Shown: positions 6,520 through 11,398 of the stretch, in pieces
How the letters are laid out: every line of letters begins with the position of its first letter
How positions within the stretch are numbered: the first letter of the stretch is position 1
Source of the DNA: Candidatus Heimdallarchaeota archaeon
Lineage (GTDB): Archaea; Asgardarchaeota; Heimdallarchaeia; Heimdallarchaeales; Heimdallarchaeaceae
Reading direction: 5' to 3'
Assembly: GCA_016839945.1 (NCBI GenBank)
Contig: JAEOTE010000012.1
Location: 1-11,398 of the forward strand
Length of the DNA stretch: 11,398 bases
The notes under the pieces: model-generated
Told to the model about the DNA's origin: nothing
The model's input: only the letters and a program-made list of their open reading frames with translations
Databases searched by the model: none
Made by a program: the position numbers and the translations under genes

Positions 6520-8376
6520 ATGCTTGGTGGTAACAGTACTACTTTACTTGAAATCGAGGAATTACTAAGACACATGAAAGTAGATGAAGTTGCTACTAGG
6601 CTAGTAGAATTTGAAAAACAAGATAATATTACAAAAGAAGAATCTCATAGAGCTAAATTACTTAGAATTAAATTATTATTTGATACAGATAAATGGGGAG
6701 AAGGCTTAGATATTTTAGAACAGATTTTATCTGTGTGCGAGAAAGTAGACAATAAACTAATTTACCTTGATGTTTTGTTTTTAAAGAGCATCTATTACAC
6801 TGAACTTGCATTTCATAATGAAGGAATCAAAAATTCTGAAAGAGGTTTAGATTTAATTAAAGAGCTCAAAATTTTTGATGATGTATTTATCTTAAGAGAA
6901 GCTTGGTTTCTAGTATATAAAGCATTGAATCATAAAATCATAGGCAATCTCAACATAGCAGAAGAAATAATCGAGAAATGTCTAAAACTAGCTAGAAAAT
7001 TAAATGATGAGTATCTTCTTTTTGCAATTTATAAATTCAAAACTAATACACTTTGGGGCATTCGTAATATTCACCAGATTTTCGAATTGTACTTAGAAAT
7101 GTTTGAATTAACAAAAAGGATGAAAAACGATTATCTAATAGCATGGAGTTGTATTTATGGAGCTGAGATTGCACAAATAGTAGGCAGAGGTGATGTAGTT
7201 AAGAAACTTTTAGATGAAGCAGAAGAAGTAATAAAGAAACAAAAAAAGTTGAATACACCATATGAGTGGCTGGAAATTCAAAAAGCTACCATATATTATA
7301 GTCGAGGAGAAATAAGTAAGGCAATATCAGTTTGGAGAAGATTTATTCCTAGACTTAGAAAAAAAATTGTGGATCCCGATAGAGTAGGGGTTCTATTAAC
7401 GTCAGAAAGCATTATAGAACGTTATGAAGGGAATATAGACAGATCAATTGAATTAAGAGAACAACTAATTGCAATGTTCACAAAGATTGGAAGCAAACAT
7501 CGAATCCCTCAGCATAAAGCAAATTTAGCCAGGTGTCTTCTTGTTGCAGGACAATATAATCATGCATTAAGAATATGTCAAGAAATTTTGGAAGACTATA
7601 GTGAGTTCTCAAATGAACTATTGAACAGGTTGATTTTCTTCATTATTGGTAAAATTTACCAAATCCAAGGAGAGTACTATCTTTCCTTGGATTATTTCAG
7701 AAAAAGCCTAAATTTAGGCAAAAAAATACCAGGTGTTGGAATCTTTATAATTCAAAGTCTCTTTCATTCAATTCAACTATTAGTAGAAAAAAACCAAGAA
7801 GAAAAGAGTTACCAATATTTGAGAGAATTGGAGGAGACAATTGAAAAATATCCATCAAAACTTAACAAAAAGTACTATCAAGCAGCAAGAGCAATAATTT
7901 TGAAAGCTAGCTCACGCCCAAAAAACTGGATTCAAGCCTTAATTATTTTTGAAGAAGTAATAGAAGAAATATGGGAAGGAAAGATTATAGATCAAGAGCT
8001 TATCATAGTAGCACTCATCAATCTTTGTGAACTGTTAATGAATGAATTCAGCATTTCAGGAGAAAAAGAAGTAATGGATGAGCTTGAAAAGCATACAGAC
8101 AAATTAGAAGAAATAGCTAATAAGCAAAAATCATTATCGTATATTCTAAGATTAGAAGTGAAGAACATTAGGCTTCATACTATCTGGTTAAAAACCGTCT
8201 ATTCTTTAGCTGATGTAGATTTAAAGAAAGCTAAAGCACTTATAGAAGAAGCAAGAGATATGGCTGGTGAAGAAGGATTAATTCAACTTGCAGAGAAAAT
8301 TAATCAACAACAATCAAAGCTCTATAACCATTTACTTCAATGGAATGAATTTATTCAAAAACAAGATATTATCTAG
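6520..8376 (+). CDS. Tetratricopeptide repeat (TPR) alpha-solenoid protein
   Basis: TPR-like helical pairs such as 'ANLARCLLVAGQYNHALRICQEIL', 'IIGKIYQIQGEYYLSLDYFRKSLNL' and 'KATIYYSRGEISKAISVWRR'. TTTAAG at 6488, about 32 nt upstream of the ATG. Confidence 0.85.
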   Translation: MLGGNSTTLLEIEELLRHMKVDEVATRLVEFEKQDNITKEESHRAKLLRIKLLFDTDKWGEGLDILEQILSVCEKVDNKLIYLDVLFLKSIYYTELAFHNEGIKNSERGLDLIKELKIFDDVFILREAWFLVYKALNHKIIGNLNIAEEIIEKCLKLARKLNDEYLLFAIYKFKTNTLWGIRNIHQIFELYLEMFELTKRMKNDYLIAWSCIYGAEIAQIVGRGDVVKKLLDEAEEVIKKQKKLNTPYEWLEIQKATIYYSRGEISKAISVWRRFIPRLRKKIVDPDRVGVLLTSESIIERYEGNIDRSIELREQLIAMFTKIGSKHRIPQHKANLARCLLVAGQYNHALRICQEILEDYSEFSNELLNRLIFFIIGKIYQIQGEYYLSLDYFRKSLNLGKKIPGVGIFIIQSLFHSIQLLVEKNQEEKSYQYLRELEETIEKYPSKLNKKYYQAARAIILKASSRPKNWIQALIIFEEVIEEIWEGKIIDQELIIVALINLCELLMNEFSISGEKEVMDELEKHTDKLEEIANKQKSLSYILRLEVKNIRLHTIWLKTVYSLADVDLKKAKALIEEARDMAGEEGLIQLAEKINQQQSKLYNHLLQWNEFIQKQDII

Positions 8377-8451
8377 CTTTTTCATAATCTGTATTAAACA
8401 ATCATAAATAATGAAAATTCATTCAAACTTGAACTTATTGAAGAGAGGTAG

Positions 8452-8610
8452 ATATTAATAATTCAAAAAGGATTCACAGAAGAAGAAGTTCTTGAAATTG
8501 CTAGAAATGCTTATGAAACTGGTCAAGCTAATTTTCCAATTATCAAGGAAAAAACAGTCTTAGGTGACAAATTATTGAGAATCTACTCTCTTTTGAGGAA
8601 GAGAAAGTAA
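8452..8610 (+). pseudogene. Cryptic small ORF or gene remnant without an ATG
   Basis: ILIIQKGFTEEEVLEIARNAYETGQANFPIIKEKTVLGDKLLRIYSLLRKRK* has coding-like composition. It follows an in-frame TAG (8449-8451) and GAGGT (8445-8449). Confidence 0.45.
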
Positions 8611-8652
8611 CCACAGCTCTAAGTTTAGAACAGAAAAGAGAGTGAATGTCAA

Positions 8653-9528
8653 TCAACCATCCAAATCAAAATTCCTGACTGCAAGCAAACTTAGAGCTGT
8701 CACTCCCAAATGACATGTTATGGAATTACCCAAAAAGAATAGTTCAACTCTTTTGATTTTTGGTTTCGTAGTTCTCTTGATCATCTCTATAAACGCATCA
8801 TTCTCCTTTCTAGGAATTGTTTCAGCTACCCAAATGAACAACTCATCTTCTGGTTCGAAACATTTCCACAATTCTTCAAGCAGTCTTCTACAGGCTTTTT
8901 TTACACCAAATTCTTTGGTTACAGGCTTTATCTCTCCATTTACTAGAGCCATAATTGGATAGGCTTTTAGAATATCTGCAAAGAAGTACATTATACGGCC
9001 GATTCTACCACTTTTATAGACATGAGTTAAGTCAGTAAGGGTTGTGAAGTTTTGAATATCATTATCTCTAAAATGTGTAAGTTGTTTGATAATATTCTCT
9101 AGCTTTTCTCCTTTATTAAGTAGTTGAGCAGCTTTAATTGCTATTGTTCCTGTATAAACCGAAGCTCCTTTAGAATCGAAAATAGTTATTTTTGGTCCAT
9201 TTGGATTTTCTTTTTGAAACTTTTTTGCAGTATTACTTACAACATTCATGGTTCCTGACAGTTTCTCAGAAATATGTACCATAAATAAGTGATCAAAATC
9301 CATGTTATTCACTAAAACCTCCCAAACATCACTAGGGGTTGGTTGACTGGTTTTAGCTGATTTAGCATTTTGAATAAGTTCATAAAATTCTTGAGGAGGA
9401 ACACTGTAATCATCACGATAGTTTATTTCATCAATAATAGCATAGGCATGAATAATGTCTATATTGAATCTTCTTGCTAATTCAGGATTTAGATTAGAGC
9501 CTGAATCTGTAATGATTTTGATTTTCAT
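8653..9528 (-). CDS. DegV/FakB family fatty-acid-binding protein (start ATG 9528)
   Basis: Motifs 'MKIKIITDSGSNL', 'KTSQP', 'HISEKLSGT', 'FDSK', 'SGRI', 'CHLG'. TTATATAA at 9556-9549 begins 28 nt before ATG 9528, consistent with a leaderless transcript. Confidence 0.93.
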   Translation of the reverse strand: MKIKIITDSGSNLNPELARRFNIDIIHAYAIIDEINYRDDYSVPPQEFYELIQNAKSAKTSQPTPSDVWEVLVNNMDFDHLFMVHISEKLSGTMNVVSNTAKKFQKENPNGPKITIFDSKGASVYTGTIAIKAAQLLNKGEKLENIIKQLTHFRDNDIQNFTTLTDLTHVYKSGRIGRIMYFFADILKAYPIMALVNGEIKPVTKEFGVKKACRRLLEELWKCFEPEDELFIWVAETIPRKENDAFIEMIKRTTKPKIKRVELFFLGNSITCHLGVTALSLLAVRNFDLDG

Positions 9529-9816
9529 ATACTGAATCTTCGAGAAAATTATATAATCATTTGTATATTTCGTCAAACAGATTTGAAGGTTTAAGACATT
9601 TTCATTTTACTGCAAAGCAATTCTCCTTCCAGTAAGGTCGAGCTTCCAAAAACACACCCTTTTAGAAGGCACTACTTTTATTTAAAATTTATTCAAAAAA
9701 AACTGAATGTTTCTATTTTTATTCAAATTTATCATATCTGAAATAAAATTCTAGAAACATCGAACCTTGAACTAGGTCTAGTACTAAGATTAGAACCATT
9801 ACTAGCTATAATTTGT

Positions 9817-11004
9817 TCAATATTCTAAATTCAACTCCCATAGTAATCTTCGATATATGTCAAACCAAAATGGTTTATCCTGGAAGAAGGTTCTTGCTCC
9901 GAAGTTAGAGAAGAGTATAAACCCACATTTGCTATCTGGGTCAAACAATGCTAATGTTGAGATTCCCACATCTCCACCTGAATGTGAAGGATAAAATGGT
10001 TTAATATTAGCAGACCTCTCTGTGTAATACCACCCTAAAGCTTGCCCTTCATCTATCTCAGGATATTGTACAGTAAGAACCTCATCTACAGTTGTCTCAT
10101 TTAGAATTCTTTCCGTACCAAGAATTCCTCTATTCATGTACATCTGAATAAACATACTATAATCTAGAATGTTTGTTTTGAGTGATCCGTCAGGATAAGT
10201 AGGAAATCCGTAGTGATTATATTTGATGTAATCACCTTTAGAATATTCATAATTATAAGTAAGCAAACTCTCATTTATTTCCGAAATAAACCAACCTGTA
10301 GCATCCATATTGAGGGGAGTAAAGATATTATCTTTACAGTATACATTGAAGGGAATACCTTTAATCACTTCAACTAAATAACCTAGTAGTCCAAATCCTG
10401 TATTACTATAGTAATTTGTCTCTCCAGGAGCATGTTCTAAGAAGTTAATTTCAGGAAAATAAAACTGACCATTTGGTGAGAAAGTCTCGTTAAGAAAGTC
10501 CCCTAAACTCCAAGGGGAATCTCCTCCAGCTGGAAGAGTGTAAGTACTGTCAAGAACATCCCAATTATCAATAATACTTGAAGTATGAGTTAAGAGCATT
10601 CGAGCAGTGATTGGCATGGAAGGATGATTAGGATTTCTAATGGAGAATGGAAAGAAAGTATCCAAGTCCTCATCAAGATCTAGGAGACCTTCATCTACTA
10701 ATCTCATAACAGCTGTTGATGTTACTGGTTTAGATACAGAAGCAACCATAAACAGAGTTTCATTTGTTACAGGAATTTCATTTTCTAAATCAGCGTATCC
10801 ATAATAACCCTCCCATGTTAGCTGACCATCTTCTATTAATCCAATTGCCATACCAACATAATGACCATTGTTCATTTTTCTTTGAATGAATTTATCAAGA
10901 TCTGTCCATGTGTTAGTAATAAAATAATGGCACAGTAATGGCGTTATAAATGCTACAAGAATAACAGGTATTGAGACAAGAATGGTTTTTGTTCTTTTAT
11001 TCAT
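9817..11004 (-). CDS. Beta-lactamase/AmpC (class C-like) serine hydrolase with an N-terminal membrane anchor or signal
   Basis: SxxK 'FMVASVSK', 'ITARMLLTHTSSI', YxN 'PGETNYYSNTGFGLLG' and HxG 'SHSGGDVG'. Hydrophobic N-terminus ILVSIPVILVAFITPLL. Confidence 0.92.
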   Translation of the reverse strand: MNKRTKTILVSIPVILVAFITPLLCHYFITNTWTDLDKFIQRKMNNGHYVGMAIGLIEDGQLTWEGYYGYADLENEIPVTNETLFMVASVSKPVTSTAVMRLVDEGLLDLDEDLDTFFPFSIRNPNHPSMPITARMLLTHTSSIIDNWDVLDSTYTLPAGGDSPWSLGDFLNETFSPNGQFYFPEINFLEHAPGETNYYSNTGFGLLGYLVEVIKGIPFNVYCKDNIFTPLNMDATGWFISEINESLLTYNYEYSKGDYIKYNHYGFPTYPDGSLKTNILDYSMFIQMYMNRGILGTERILNETTVDEVLTVQYPEIDEGQALGWYYTERSANIKPFYPSHSGGDVGISTLALFDPDSKCGFILFSNFGARTFFQDKPFWFDIYRRLLWELNLEY

Positions 11005-11072
11005 AAACTTCTAGTAGTTCACTTTTATATTTAAGGATATGCAGTTTTTCTGATTAATAGGTTTTTATACAT

Positions 11073-11384
11073 CTACTCAATTTTTTCAAGTTTAAAGATT
11101 ACAGGTCTTAATCCATCTGGACATACACCAAAAGATATTCCTTCTCCAATTGTTTCTGGATATCCTCCTCCCCAAGTAAGTAAATGTACATTCTTGAAAA
11201 TACTATTCCATGCATGAGGACAAAATCCTTCTGGCTTATTTCCTGATCCATCTGAAATAAATTCACTTCCTGCCTTCATTGAACAATTTGATACTGTTTG
11301 CCCAGACACAAGAGTATATTCATGTCCGAAAATATCTTCTGGCAAGAATTGCTTTACAACAGTTATTTTAACTTTACTTCTCAT
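11073..11384 (-). CDS. TIGR04076 family protein (start ATG 11384)
   Basis: 'KVKITVVK', 'PEGFCPHAW' and C-terminal 'CPDGLRPVIFKLEKIE'. SD AGGTGA (11395-11390) lies 5 nt before the ATG. Confidence 0.88.
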   Translation of the reverse strand: MRSKVKITVVKQFLPEDIFGHEYTLVSGQTVSNCSMKAGSEFISDGSGNKPEGFCPHAWNSIFKNVHLLTWGGGYPETIGEGISFGVCPDGLRPVIFKLEKIE

Positions 11385-11398
11385 AATAATCACCTACT

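Noticed and set aside
8374-8451. TAG readthrough or pyrrolysine extension of the TPR gene
   Set aside because: An in-frame TAA at 8395-8397 would end any readthrough, TAG serves as an ordinary stop for other genes here, and no pyl genes are seen.
8720-8962. 80-aa plus-strand ORF
   Set aside because: It is an antisense shadow of DegV.
9577-9816. Possible ncRNA or IS remnant in the DegV-hydrolase spacer (TTACTG 9607-9612 / CAGTAA 9630-9635 stem)
   Set aside because: The stem is only 6 bp, and I found no C/D boxes, tRNA fold, terminal inverted repeats or convincing ORF.
9817-11004. Calling the hydrolase a true antibiotic-resistance beta-lactamase
   Set aside because: It has HSG rather than KTG in motif 3, and family membership alone does not establish beta-lactamase activity.

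Overview
An AT-rich archaeal window with no rRNA, tRNA, CRISPR array or transposase that I can support. Archaeal origin is indicated by TATA/BRE-like boxes about 28-32 nt before several starts and by GGTGA Shine-Dalgarno sites. The gene mix (NosD-like surface beta-helix with an 'HGPI..GSGT..PFLIE' N-cap, long TPR protein, DegV, TIGR04076, AmpC-like serine hydrolase) suggests an Asgard archaeon, probably Heimdallarchaeia; this is an inference. Gene order: partial CDS, GYD-domain protein, orphan 87-aa ORF, GH3 beta-glucosidase (all +); QW-motif prenyltransferase/cyclase-like protein and membrane-anchored beta-helix protein (-); AT-hook/basic coiled-coil protein, TPR protein, cryptic small ORF (+); DegV, serine hydrolase, TIGR04076 (-). 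The most notable observations are: (1) an AT-hook fused to a Yap/bZIP-like basic region and short zipper, with AT-rich palindromes over its own promoter; (2) a recently amplified, mosaic beta-helix repeat array with a 339-bp higher-order duplication and variable positions on a constant scaffold; (3) a probable non-canonical ATT start codon for the GYD gene.
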